From assembly GCA_948442695.1 (NCBI GenBank), contig CAOJSF010000001.1:2146-66145 (forward strand): a stretch of 64,000 nt of DNA, written 5' to 3'. The position numbers were made by a program, and so were the translations under genes. The first letter of the stretch is position 1. The number at the start of each line of letters is the position of its first letter. Below, one piece after another: positions 24,101 to 33,532 of the stretch. Origin of the DNA: an uncultured Clostridia bacterium. GTDB taxonomy: Bacteria > Bacillota > Clostridia > Christensenellales > UBA1242. Below the pieces are notes generated by a model that saw only the letters and a program-made list of their open reading frames with translations, was not told the origin of the DNA and did no database searches.

Positions 24101-25325
24101 CAAACTTGACAAATATTATTTCACTGGAAATAAGAAAGGCACATTCAAACTTCAATATAAAGCATTCCTCATGCGTTATTCAAAAGATGCATCTGTATTT
24201 GCTGGCTCTGAAGATGTGGCAAATAATGGTCAAATCTATTTAGTAAATGACAAACTTTGCTATAAATATGATGGTGAAAGATATTATGTTTATATGGAAA
24301 AAGTTCAGGCTGAAGATGAGACTGAAAAATATGTTCTTAAAGCAAATAAATCTTTACTCGGAAATCAAGAAGAACTTGCGAGTGTTGAATTTGCAAAACT
24401 TAAAAAAATTGTTGATGTTTATGTTTGCGAAAGTAAGATTCAGACAATCAATGTTGGTGGTGTAGATATTAAAGTTACTTTTGACGAAAATGTTTATGCT
24501 GATTCTTATGAAGACCTTAATCAAACTATAGAAATAGCAAAACCTAAGAACATCGAATACAATGGTGATGATTATCAAACAAATCTTAAAGATTCATTTG
24601 TGACTATCACAAAATCTTCAGGAAATACAACTGTTACTCTTGCTGACATCTCTTTTGAAGAATGGGCAAATCAAGAAGATTTGAAAAACAAAGAAAACTT
24701 CACAACAGAAAATGGCAAGATTAAACTTAAACTTACTGACAATGGTAGATATGTGATTAAATATTCAATTCAGGCAATGGATAAAACTGGTGTAAATGTT
24801 GATAGTCCAAAAACTGTTGAATATACAATCAAGAATGGTGACGTTGTTGGACCTACTGTAAAACTTGAAAAGAATTTTGTCAAGACAACTTACAAGTTGG
24901 GTGACACAATGAAACTTAACCTTGCTGGTCTTACAGTTTCTGATGAAGTGACTGAAGATGTTGAATGGCTCAAGAAAAATATGGTTGTAAGACTTTCAAC
25001 TCCTGATTCTGGCAGTGGCAATTATACCACTCTTGAAAATGAATCTGAGGTAGAAGGCGAATATATCTACACTAAGAAACTTGAAACAGCGGGAACTTAT
25101 ACTTTGACAGTTATTGTAAAAGATAAGGCTGGAAATGAAACAAGTTCAAGTGTGACATTCGAAGTTTCAACTAAAGAGTCAAAAGATATTGATGTCAAGG
25201 AAGTAATGGGCGGAGTTTTAATCGGACTTTCAGTTGCCGTGCTTGCGGGCGTTGTAATTTACTTCGTTGTAAGCAAAGTAAAACTTGACAAGAAAGAAAA
25301 GAAATATAAAGACAAAAATAAGTAA
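21183..25325 (+). CDS. Large (~1380 aa) beta-rich cell-surface protein with Ig-like repeats and C-terminal membrane anchor
   Basis: Signal peptide ending AQA; repeated G.Y.(I/L).Y.V.D..GN motifs; C-terminal TM helix plus Lys-rich tail; no LPxTG. Confidence 0.85.
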   Translation: MAKQKSIFKGLFKGVAVGFAFIMCSAFFPTKLIAQAFDEDIANKVDFFANSIKVDGQGADIVVKKGKTVTIPEAVYEYKTADGKAEHIIGKDDASAIESFVEVFYKDTNDKVDVKDNAFVADRVGRYTITYTVKDGENEYTYDMTVKSEVSEVAFDFSLNNKNIIPGVYDVKLTDKDVVLPLVSVKDTNDETLISEDDNDYFTNLANVKDFELPSNDTKSGFVNITLSKDSKIAIDSREVEGKTEFYISNENLLKVKGQDVQIYYSYYQMNENNEPVFVSSVSKKFSVKDGYYFKNSKEEEKGYDLETKWSNSTSDITAVVGVEKELPSITATTKSTNSPANESIEISYDIKVQKRGTNGSYKEDVTDKVLIKEDGKFKFKANDEGSYMFTYEVKDFYGNTVDKSKTRFEITNVKDSRSASVYVYDGGNKDAYNEKENKYQSALNKLKTQSGNRNVIMYAVGGTDNFVAKDKLTLRRTIIDNTSMTMFDISEKLYHEYNLIFAPARATGASQESSIYKQIVSDNYHIRSQMLLEGKRIDDDNAIKAFLKGNKYLLVTTEFNKDVDGNQIVENLSISDEKAKEKMMLADVEGEVGYAYIECKNTSFKDKKVFSDGTYTFIYGASDNKNNESTSRNSITISADYKAESIPSITFSTALQDTYLPSDKIAFDVATATVSQDSRLDTVTAYRFLDASKKAISSDKTKSLNYYVQRVNSNLSSKWYAQVDKVINESVEENKGWFVDESKSSYKIDLKQDRPNGAKYLEILSYAIDDFGNAGFFNKVITIADASDSAMPVLFKAENLPTETSVTAPEDIELPTLYFTDDNVAYMNAEVKVYRLVKNDDGTVDKVVMQSSNMITDFDSMRETFVVKGGSFRASIGGNYQVAISVKDAGNHSNTTYFNYHVVDSVENDTPEIENITSETIDLKAGQSHYLVPPTISVSMSDKYGYIGIDEEDDAKTATYYTPTIISATDSYKLDKYYFTGNKKGTFKLQYKAFLMRYSKDASVFAGSEDVANNGQIYLVNDKLCYKYDGERYYVYMEKVQAEDETEKYVLKANKSLLGNQEELASVEFAKLKKIVDVYVCESKIQTINVGGVDIKVTFDENVYADSYEDLNQTIEIAKPKNIEYNGDDYQTNLKDSFVTITKSSGNTTVTLADISFEEWANQEDLKNKENFTTENGKIKLKLTDNGRYVIKYSIQAMDKTGVNVDSPKTVEYTIKNGDVVGPTVKLEKNFVKTTYKLGDTMKLNLAGLTVSDEVTEDVEWLKKNMVVRLSTPDSGSGNYTTLENESEVEGEYIYTKKLETAGTYTLTVIVKDKAGNETSSSVTFEVSTKESKDIDVKEVMGGVLIGLSVAVLAGVVIYFVVSKVKLDKKEKKYKDKNK

Positions 25326-25645
25326 AATTGTTTTTGGGGAAAAGTGGTTTTAATAAAGCCACTTTTTTTGTATCAATTTATAAAAAACAATCAATTGATG
25401 TTTTCAGTTGTATTTTTTATGTTTATATTTACAATAATTTAATAATTTTTGTCATTTAGTTTTTAATAAAATTTGCATGAAATATGTATATAAAATTTTG
25501 ATAGTTTGATTTTTAATGATTCTTAATATTTTAATAGAATAGTAATAAATGCTTGTGTTGTTATTGTGAAATTAATATATATATATTACGAATTAAATTG
25601 TTTATTTTCCTTGACAAAGAGGCTATTTTATGATATTATATTTTA

Positions 25646-25735
25646 GTATCCGCATGTGTAGGGTTGATAAGTTTAATCAAACAGGAAATTATGGCTTATT
25701 TATGATTAACACCCGAAATAAAAACAGCGAGTTTG
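25646..25735 (+). ncRNA. Probable L21 ribosomal-protein leader RNA
   Basis: Lies between a TTGACA-17-TATTAT promoter (25611-25639) and rplU; contains CCGCA...CACCC...GCGAGT elements. Confidence 0.5.
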
Positions 25736-25753
25736 GTTAGAGGAGGTAAAGAA

Positions 25754-26062
25754 ATGTTTGCTATAGTACAATGTGGTGGAAAGCAATACAAAGTTAGTGA
25801 AAACGATATCATTTCAGTAGAAAAAATCACTAATGCTGTTGGTGAAAAAATCAACTTAGATGTAATGCTTTACAGTGACGGAAAAACTGTTGTTGCTGGA
25901 AATCCTCTTGTTTCTGGTGCAGTATGCGAAGCAGAAGTTGTTGCTCACGGAAAAGGTGACAAAATTGTTGTTTTCAAATACAAGCCAAAGAAAAATGAGA
26001 GAAAGAAGCAAGGTCACAGACAACCATTCACTCAATTAAAAATAACATCTATTAAAAAGTAA
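25754..26062 (+). CDS. rplU: 50S ribosomal protein L21
   Basis: GGKQYKV, KQGHRQPFT; AGGAGG RBS. Confidence 0.98.
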   Translation: MFAIVQCGGKQYKVSENDIISVEKITNAVGEKINLDVMLYSDGKTVVAGNPLVSGAVCEAEVVAHGKGDKIVVFKYKPKKNERKKQGHRQPFTQLKITSIKK

Positions 26063-26070
26063 GGTTTATT

Positions 26071-26391
26071 ATGACAAAAATTACTTTTTATAAAAAAAAC
26101 AATCTGTTTGTTGGATTTGAAGTAAAAGGACATACAGGGAAAGATGAATACGGTAAAGATCTGCTTTGCGCTCAAATTTCTACAGTTGCACAACTTGCGA
26201 TTGTTGGAATTGAAGATGTGGGCGGACTTCAGGCCTTTCATGAAATTTCTGATGGTTATCTTAAAATCATGATTAGTGAGAAAGATGCTTTGGGGCATCC
26301 TCAGTTTCTCTTTAATACCTGTCTGCAATCTTTTAAATCCATAATTATAGGTGAAGAAAAATTCGCAAAATTGGAGGTAAAAAATGTTTAA
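26071..26391 (+). CDS. prp: Ribosomal-processing cysteine protease Prp (YsxB)
   Basis: GHTG...[10 protein letters not shown] motif; located between rplU and rpmA. Confidence 0.92.
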   Translation: MTKITFYKKNNLFVGFEVKGHTGKDEYGKDLLCAQISTVAQLAIVGIEDVGGLQAFHEISDGYLKIMISEKDALGHPQFLFNTCLQSFKSIIIGEEKFAKLEVKNV

Positions 26392-26656
26392 GTTTAATGC
26401 TCAACTTTTTGCTCATAAAAAGGGTGGTGGTTCAACTAAAAACGGCCGTGACTCACAAAGTAAAAGACTTGGTGTAAAGGCATATGGCGGTGAAAATGTT
26501 ACTGCAGGATCTATCATCGTAAGACAAAGAGGCACAAGAATTTATCCTGGCACAAATGTTGGAATGGGAAAAGATTATACACTTTTCGCAACAACTGATG
26601 GTAAAGTTAAATTTGGAATGTCTAATGGCAAGAAGATTGTATCTATTGAAAAATAA
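26384..26656 (+). CDS. rpmA: 50S ribosomal protein L27 with N-terminal extension
   Basis: [18 protein letters not shown]. Confidence 0.98.
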   Translation: MFKFNAQLFAHKKGGGSTKNGRDSQSKRLGVKAYGGENVTAGSIIVRQRGTRIYPGTNVGMGKDYTLFATTDGKVKFGMSNGKKIVSIEK

Positions 26657-26808
26657 TTTTAAAGGACTGAAAATTCAGTCCTTTTTTTATAAACTTTTAA
26701 TACTTTAATGTTTTGTCTGTGTTAAGTTCAAAATAGAAAATTTAATTTTTTTGACAATATTTTTAAATATTTATTTGTTTTTGATGCCATTTATTGTATA
26801 ATAAAGTT

Positions 26809-27636
26809 ATGAAATATGAAATAGAACAAAATTTAATCAAGGTTTATTGCAAAGATGAGTTTAATCCAGAGCATATTTTAGAATGTGGGCAGGTTTTTTG
26901 TTTCAAAAAAGATGGTGAGGTTTATAAAGTTTTTCCAGGGAAGGAATATGCTGAAATTACTGAAAATGAAAATTATTATGAAATAAAAACAAAAAATCCA
27001 CATTTTTTTGTTAAATTCTTTGATTTAGATAGTGATTATACGCAAATTAAATACAATCTTGCAAAATATAAAATTTTGGAAAAGCCTATAAAGTTTGGCT
27101 ATGGCATCAGAATTTTAAATCAAGATTTATTTGAAACTATGATTTCTTTTATTATTTCTGCAAATAATAATATAAAGCGAATAAAACTTATTTTAAACAA
27201 TATTCGCAAAAATTTGGGTGAAAAAGTAGAGGATGAAATTTATTCTTTCCCTAGTTTTGAAAAACTTTTAAATTGTGATGAACAGTTTTTTAAAGAGATG
27301 GGAGCGGGATATCGTGCAAGTTATCTTTATAAAGTTTTGCGACAAATTACTCCTGAAAAACTTGAAGATTTGAAGAAATTGCCTTTAGACGATCTTAGGT
27401 CAGAACTTATTTCGCTTTCAGGGATAGGTCCAAAAGTTGCGGATTGTTTGCTTTTGTTTGGTTATCATAAGGGCAGGGTTTTCCCTGTTGATACATGGAT
27501 TGCTCAGATGTATAACTTTTATTATTCTCCGCTTATCAATAGAGAGCAGATAAGAAAGAATCTGGTTGACCAGTTTGGTGATTTGTCAGGTTTTGCTCAG
27601 CAATATCTGTTTTATTATCAGCGCTCATCAAATTAA
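26809..27636 (+). CDS. 8-oxoguanine DNA glycosylase (OGG, HhH-GPD family)
   Basis: LECGQVF, SFIISANNNIKRI, GYRA.YL, LSGIGPKVADC, FPVDTW, GFAQQYLF. Confidence 0.92.
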   Translation: MKYEIEQNLIKVYCKDEFNPEHILECGQVFCFKKDGEVYKVFPGKEYAEITENENYYEIKTKNPHFFVKFFDLDSDYTQIKYNLAKYKILEKPIKFGYGIRILNQDLFETMISFIISANNNIKRIKLILNNIRKNLGEKVEDEIYSFPSFEKLLNCDEQFFKEMGAGYRASYLYKVLRQITPEKLEDLKKLPLDDLRSELISLSGIGPKVADCLLLFGYHKGRVFPVDTWIAQMYNFYYSPLINREQIRKNLVDQFGDLSGFAQQYLFYYQRSSN

Positions 27637-27772
27637 TTATTTAAATTAAATTATTTTGCTCTCAATAGTATTTACAATTAAAAAAAAGTGTGTTATAATT
27701 ATTTAAGAAAATTATGATTGATTCAATTTAAATAATTTGTTTAAATTGTTTTTATCAGAAAGGAGGCTTTTG

Positions 27773-28813
27773 ATGTCTTGTTCAACTTTATTACAATTTG
27801 GGACTACTGAAATAGTTCTTGTATCAGTTTTTGGGGCTTTACTTTTGGGATTTATTATTTACCTATGTTTTGTGCCACTAAAAAATTATTTTACTGCATT
27901 ATTTTCAGGTGCTTATATTCCAACTTTTAGGCTGATAAGTATAAAAAATCGCAAACTTGTTGTAGCGAATATAGTAAATAGTTATGTAATGGCAAAAAAG
28001 TCTAAACTTGAAATTTCTCTTAAAGAAATTGAAAGTTTGTCTCTTTCTGGCGGTGATGTGGTTGCGGTGATTACATCTCTCAACCTTGCAAAGAATTCAG
28101 GTATTAATTTGAGTTTTGAACTTGCTAGTGCAATTGAACTTGCCTCTCAAGAAGTGTTGCAGAAGGTTCAAGACAGCATAACATCACAAGTTGTTACTAT
28201 AGATAATATTCGTGCTTTTACCCAAAATGAAGTTGAAATAATTGCAAGTGCAAAGATTTCAATTAAATTAAATCTTGATAAATTTGTTAATGGACTAGGT
28301 CTTGATGATTTAAAAAGCATAATCAACTCATGGATTTTGGAAAACATTTCAAAGACAAAAGACCACAAAGATATTATGAGAGAGCCAAATAAAGCGCTGT
28401 TATCAAATTTAGATTTACGTGTTGTGACACAAAAGTCAATGTTTAATGTCCTTGATATCAATATTGTAAGTGTGGAAATGGGACGCAATTTAAACACAGA
28501 AAAAGAAGTTCAATCTCTTGAAAAAGAAAAGGCCTATGCAAGCATTGAGGCTGAAAGACGCAAAAATGCCGAAGAAATCAAAGAAATAAGAATGAGAGCA
28601 AAGACCGAAGAAATGAAATCTGCACTACTTGATGCAGAAGCGGACGTTCCTCGTGCCATTTCTCAGGCAATTAAAGAGGGAAGATTCTCGGTTATGGATT
28701 ATTACAAACTTATGAATCTTCAAGCCGATACTGCAATGAGAAGGGCTATTATCAACAGTAAAGCAAATGATGACGATTACGATGATGACGATGATGAAGG
28801 AGATTTCTTCTAA
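27773..28813 (+). CDS. floA: Flotillin-like protein FloA (YqfA)
   Basis: AEADVPRAI..A..EG..SVMDYYKLMNLQADT.MR; AGGAGG RBS. Confidence 0.88.
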   Translation: MSCSTLLQFGTTEIVLVSVFGALLLGFIIYLCFVPLKNYFTALFSGAYIPTFRLISIKNRKLVVANIVNSYVMAKKSKLEISLKEIESLSLSGGDVVAVITSLNLAKNSGINLSFELASAIELASQEVLQKVQDSITSQVVTIDNIRAFTQNEVEIIASAKISIKLNLDKFVNGLGLDDLKSIINSWILENISKTKDHKDIMREPNKALLSNLDLRVVTQKSMFNVLDINIVSVEMGRNLNTEKEVQSLEKEKAYASIEAERRKNAEEIKEIRMRAKTEEMKSALLDAEADVPRAISQAIKEGRFSVMDYYKLMNLQADTAMRRAIINSKANDDDYDDDDDEGDFF

Positions 28814-29424
28814 TGAATTTTAAAATTTTAATCATTATCGGGGCAGTTGTTGTTGTGCTTATTGTCGCACTAATTATTTTTCTTTCTATATCAAATAAGC
28901 GTAAATCAAAACAACTTCAAGACAACTTAAAAAAGTATAAGCAGGAAACTAAGGATAAAGAAAATACATCAATAACACTTTCAACAGATGAAGTTGGGCA
29001 AAACTTATCAGAAGATGAACTTTTGAGTGATGATTTTCTGGAAACACCAAAAGAGGAAGAAAAAGAAAATGAATTTGAAGATTTCGACTTCAATTTTGAT
29101 GACTTTCTTCCAAAAAACTTTGGGAAAGAACCTAATTTCAACAATGATAGAGATAGACTGAGAGAGCCAGATAGGTTTAGAAATGATAGAAGACCTAGGG
29201 GATTTGAAGAACGCGATTTTCGAAGAGGAAGACCTGATAGATTTAGAAAAGAAAGAAATCGCAATGATAGAGACGATGACTTTGAACAGTTTTTAAATGA
29301 GCACTCTTTCACAAGAAAGGTCTTAGATAAATCATTAATTTCTCAGATACAAAAATTGCCTCCAGAAATCAAAGCAGTGATAATGAGCAATGTCTTTGAT
29401 AAATTTAATGACGATAATAAATAA
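28813..29424 (+). CDS. Membrane-anchored protein with acidic and Arg/Asp-rich low-complexity region (yqfB position)
   Basis: N-terminal TM; coupled to floA; conserved-looking C-terminal helix KAVIMSNVF. Confidence 0.7.
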   Translation: MNFKILIIIGAVVVVLIVALIIFLSISNKRKSKQLQDNLKKYKQETKDKENTSITLSTDEVGQNLSEDELLSDDFLETPKEEEKENEFEDFDFNFDDFLPKNFGKEPNFNNDRDRLREPDRFRNDRRPRGFEERDFRRGRPDRFRKERNRNDRDDDFEQFLNEHSFTRKVLDKSLISQIQKLPPEIKAVIMSNVFDKFNDDNK

Positions 29425-29519
29425 ATATGGTTTATTGTTGAATTAATCAAATTTAACATATTTTTAAATTTAATATTTTGTTATAAACACGCATAAACAT
29501 ATTGAAATGGAGGTTGTGC

Positions 29520-29777
29520 GTGTTTAATTTTTTTGACGAACTTAAAAAGAAGTCGACAAATTCTGAATTGCTTTCAAATTTTAATGTAGTCAATATGTCA
29601 GGTAGGCTTATGTATGTTGAGGGACATCAAGGTTTGACTGTATTATCGACCCAGATGATTGCATTTAAAGTTAAGAAGGGGCGTTTTGTTGTTGAGGGCG
29701 AAGAATTAAAACTTTCCGAACTTACCGAAAATACTATGATTATTCAGGGAAAAATAGTCAAAGCGGAGTTGTTTTAA
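29520..29777 (+). CDS. yqfC: Sporulation protein, YqfC/YabP family
   Basis: VEGHQGL...VEGEELKL...IQGKI; directly upstream of yqfD; SigE-like TAATATT-14-CATAAAC upstream. Confidence 0.8.
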   Translation: MFNFFDELKKKSTNSELLSNFNVVNMSGRLMYVEGHQGLTVLSTQMIAFKVKKGRFVVEGEELKLSELTENTMIIQGKIVKAELF

Positions 29778-30898
29778 TGTATAAAAAGGGCAAAACCCAT
29801 GTTCAAGTCAAGGGGCTTAATCAAGAACGCACAATCAATAATATTGTCAAAAAAATAAAAATATATAATTATAATCGGCTAGAACATAATCTCTGTGAAT
29901 TTGAAGTGGATTATAAAAATCATAAGTTGCTCTGTAAAATGCTAAGTGACGCAGGACTTGAAGTGACTGCACTATCTCATTTTGGTTTGCATTCAAACTT
30001 TAAAAAACTTGCATATAGTTATGGAATTGTGGTTGCACTCGTATTTTGTAGTATTTTTTATTGTTTGCAATATGCTTTTGTGCTGAAAATCAATGTTTTT
30101 GGACTTGATAAAAAAACTTCAAATGAAATTGTCAATTTTGTTGATAAAAATCTTAATAGCAGATTGAAAAATTCAATAGACACAAAAAAAATTGAAGTCA
30201 AAGTTAAAGATAGTTTTGAAGAAGTCAGTTCTATAAGTGTCGCCATTGTTGGGCAAAGTCTGATAATAAACATAAATGAAGCAGTTTTGCCTGATGAAAT
30301 GAAAGAGGGAGAGCCTATTATAAGTCAGTATGATGGGATTATCACTGATATAAACCTTGTGCAAGGGACTTTGCTTGTTGATGTAGGCGATATAGTTCAA
30401 AAGGGCGATATTCTTGTCGAACCTTACATTATTGACGCTGAGGGAGAAAAGAGGGTTGTTACGCCTAAAGCAGAAATTTATGCGGATATTTGGTTTAGCG
30501 GAATTGAAAATCATTATAATCATTATTTCTTGACAGAGCGGACAGGAAGGAAGAAGACTAAAAGTGAAATATATATCGGCAATTTACTTCTATATTCAAA
30601 TGCTTCAAGTCAGCCATATACTGAGTTTGAAATCGAAGAAAGCAAGGTCTGCATGACTAAAAATAATATTTTGCCTTTGTATAGAAAGATGATAACATAT
30701 TATGAAACTTCAACAAAAGAAATAGAGGAAGATTTTTTTGATGTTAAAGAACAAATAATTGAAAAAGCACGCAAAAAAGTCTTGATTTTTTTGCATAAAA
30801 ATGAGATAATTAAAGAAGAAAATTACACAATAAGAGAAGAAGATGGTTTTCATCAGGTAGAAGTTGTGATGACTGTCAATAGAAACATAGGAGGATAA
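29777..30898 (+). CDS. yqfD: Sporulation protein YqfD
   Basis: Single TM, POTRA-like region, IISQYDGII...GT..V.VGDIVQKGDILV. Confidence 0.85.
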   Translation: MYKKGKTHVQVKGLNQERTINNIVKKIKIYNYNRLEHNLCEFEVDYKNHKLLCKMLSDAGLEVTALSHFGLHSNFKKLAYSYGIVVALVFCSIFYCLQYAFVLKINVFGLDKKTSNEIVNFVDKNLNSRLKNSIDTKKIEVKVKDSFEEVSSISVAIVGQSLIININEAVLPDEMKEGEPIISQYDGIITDINLVQGTLLVDVGDIVQKGDILVEPYIIDAEGEKRVVTPKAEIYADIWFSGIENHYNHYFLTERTGRKKTKSEIYIGNLLLYSNASSQPYTEFEIEESKVCMTKNNILPLYRKMITYYETSTKEIEEDFFDVKEQIIEKARKKVLIFLHKNEIIKEENYTIREEDGFHQVEVVMTVNRNIGG

Positions 30899-31372
30899 AT
30901 GGACATAAATTTCGAGGGCGTGGGGCATAAGTATAGAAAACTTATTAAAGAGATATATCAAAAGGCGCTTGAAGTGACTGGAAATAATATTGAAAATACA
31001 TGGGTTACTATTTCTTTTGTCAAAAAAGAACGCATACAAGAACTTAACAACCTATATCGAAAGGTAGATAAAGCCACCGATGTTTTATCTTTCCCTATGC
31101 TTGACATCGTTTTTCCGCAAACACTAAATGATTTTAAGAATGAATATTCACCAGATGGCTCACTATATATAGGAGATGTGGTTATTTGTCCAAAGATTGC
31201 AAAGGTTCAAGCAAAGACTTATAAGCATAGTAAGAAACGTGAAATAGGATTTTTAGCACTTCATGGACTTTTGCATATTTTAGGATATGACCATATAGAG
31301 GCTGAGGATGAAAAGATTATGATGGAAGCAAGTTCAAAAATTTTAGAGTCTTTGGGTCTTAAGAGAGGTTAG
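30899..31372 (+). CDS. ybeY: rRNA maturation endoribonuclease YbeY
   Basis: TDVLSFP, HGLLHILGYDH. Confidence 0.97.
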   Translation: MDINFEGVGHKYRKLIKEIYQKALEVTGNNIENTWVTISFVKKERIQELNNLYRKVDKATDVLSFPMLDIVFPQTLNDFKNEYSPDGSLYIGDVVICPKIAKVQAKTYKHSKKREIGFLALHGLLHILGYDHIEAEDEKIMMEASSKILESLGLKRG

Positions 31373-31373
31373 T

Positions 31374-32210
31374 ATGTTTTATTCAGGATATGTTGCTCTT
31401 GTAGGAAAACCAAATGCAGGGAAAAGTAGTTTGGTCAATGCTTTAGTTGGTGAAAAAGTGGCTATCATTTCAAGAAAACCTCAGACAACTAGAGATAATA
31501 TTTTGGGAATTTACAATAGAGAAGATTGTCAAATCGTTTTTGTCGATACACCAGGAGTTCATCATAGTAAAAATTCTCTTGATAAGTCTATGATGAAAAA
31601 TGTGCGATCTGCTATTGCAGGTGTTGACCTTGTTTTATATCTTATTGATGGCACAACTATGCCAGATGAAGAAGAGGTTGATTATATTCAACATCTATCT
31701 TGTGAGAAAATGATTGTAAGAACTAAAATTGATTTAAAAGGTCAGAAACCATTTGAAAGTGATCTTGAAGTATCTTCAAAAACAGGTGAAAATCTTGATT
31801 TGATTATTGATAAAATCAAAGGATACCTCAGTGAACATGAAAAACCTTTTTATATCTATCCACCTGATTATTACACAGACAAAAGCGTCAAGTTTATAAT
31901 AGCGGAGGAGATAAGAGAAAATGCACTGAATAATCTTGAAAGAGAGATTCCTCATGGTGTTGCAGTTGAAATAATTAGATTTGATGAGCGAGAAGATATT
32001 GTTTATATTGATGCGGATATCGTCTGCGAACAAGAAAGTCATAAAGGAATTATCATCGGCAAGGGTGGAAGTCTTTTGAAAAAAATAGGAATGAATGTAA
32101 GAGGCTTTGCAGAAAATTTGCTTGATAAAAAGGTGATGTTGAAACTTTTTGTTAAAGTTGAAAAAGACTGGAGAAATAAACCGCAAAAAATAAAAAATCT
32201 GGGTTATTAG
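31374..32210 (+). CDS. era: GTPase Era
   Basis: GKPNAGKS, KPQTTR, DTPG, KH domain HKGIIIGKGG. Confidence 0.97.
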   Translation: MFYSGYVALVGKPNAGKSSLVNALVGEKVAIISRKPQTTRDNILGIYNREDCQIVFVDTPGVHHSKNSLDKSMMKNVRSAIAGVDLVLYLIDGTTMPDEEEVDYIQHLSCEKMIVRTKIDLKGQKPFESDLEVSSKTGENLDLIIDKIKGYLSEHEKPFYIYPPDYYTDKSVKFIIAEEIRENALNNLEREIPHGVAVEIIRFDEREDIVYIDADIVCEQESHKGIIIGKGGSLLKKIGMNVRGFAENLLDKKVMLKLFVKVEKDWRNKPQKIKNLGY

Positions 32211-32485
32211 ACCTAGATTTTTTTTGTTTGTATATTACTTAAAAATTATTTTAGTGACCTAAATGATTTTTCTGAAGATTTAATTAAATAATTTAATTCA
32301 ACTTCAAAATATGCTTAAATGTTGTAAAAAGATTATTTAAAAGTTTTATTTTCTTTTAAAAAATATATGCAAAAATAATTTAGATATATTTGATAATTAG
32401 CATTAATTTACTTAAAATTCATGTATTTTGACATTTATTTTGTTTTTTTTATTAAAAAAATGGGTTTTTATTTAAATTTTATATT

Positions 32486-33355
32486 TTATTCTATGATTTC
32501 AACTTCACATTCTAGATCAATACCAAATCTGTTTTTTACTGCATCTTGACAAATTATAATAAGCCTTTTTATGTCGTTGAATGTTGCATTGCTAGTATTT
32601 AAAATGAAGTTTGCATGAGTGGAAGAGATTTCTCCACCTCCTATTTTCAGTCCTTTTAAACCACATTCTTCAATAAGTTTTCCTGCAAAATAGTGTGGGG
32701 GATTTTTAAAGACAGAGCCACAACTTAATCCTTTTGGTTGAGAGGCATTCCTTTTTATAATACAATTTGATAGGGTGTTTTTAATGTTGTAATATTTTTC
32801 CTTTCTAAGATTAAACTTTGCTGATAATATCAAACAGTTGCTCAAGTTTGTTTTGTGATGAGAATATTCAATATTTTCTTTTCTTAATTTAATTATTTTA
32901 CCATTTACAAAAACTTTGACATATTCAAGATTGTCAAAAACACTTCTTCCAAATGCAGATGCATTCATTTTGATAGCACCGCCTATGGTGGCAGGAATTC
33001 CATTTAATTCTTCAAATCCTGATAAATTATGTTTGTATGTATGTTGAAATACCTTTGCAAGAGGAGTTGATGCAGATACATATAAATCATTATTTTTGAT
33101 TTTTATATTCTGCTTCATCTTTTTTGTTGAAATGACATAGAGTTTTGCTTTATCACTGATAAGCAAATTGCTTCCATTTCCAACAATTATAAATGGCAAT
33201 CTATTTTCTTTTAAAAATAGATAGATGTTTTTAAGTTCTCTCTCGTTAAGAGGATAAAATGCCCCACAAATATTTCCTTGTGTTTTTATTGTTGTCAGAA
33301 AAGATATATTTTCATTTTCGACATAATTTGTATTTAATATTATTTTTTTGTTCAT
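32486..33355 (-). CDS. murB: UDP-N-acetylenolpyruvoylglucosamine reductase
   Basis: GNGSNLL, GIPATIGGAIKMNA, SCGSVFKNP, HANFI, LECEV. Confidence 0.95.
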   Translation of the reverse strand: MNKKIILNTNYVENENISFLTTIKTQGNICGAFYPLNERELKNIYLFLKENRLPFIIVGNGSNLLISDKAKLYVISTKKMKQNIKIKNNDLYVSASTPLAKVFQHTYKHNLSGFEELNGIPATIGGAIKMNASAFGRSVFDNLEYVKVFVNGKIIKLRKENIEYSHHKTNLSNCLILSAKFNLRKEKYYNIKNTLSNCIIKRNASQPKGLSCGSVFKNPPHYFAGKLIEECGLKGLKIGGGEISSTHANFILNTSNATFNDIKRLIIICQDAVKNRFGIDLECEVEIIE

Positions 33356-33532
33356 ATAAAACAACTTATGATGTGGAAGAGGAAATTGTTATGATTATTT
33401 TAAACTTTAAAATTGTAAATAAAAATCAGTGTTCTCTTTTGCAAATTTAATTTATTTTGTAAATCAATAAAATAAAAAAGTGAAGAATAAAACATAGTAA
33501 AACATTTAAGAAAATTTTTCATATATAATATT

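Noticed and set aside
30890-31380. Absence of phoH, dgkA and cdd from the yqfD-ybeY-era cluster
   Set aside because: Ordinary operon streamlining; the genes may lie elsewhere
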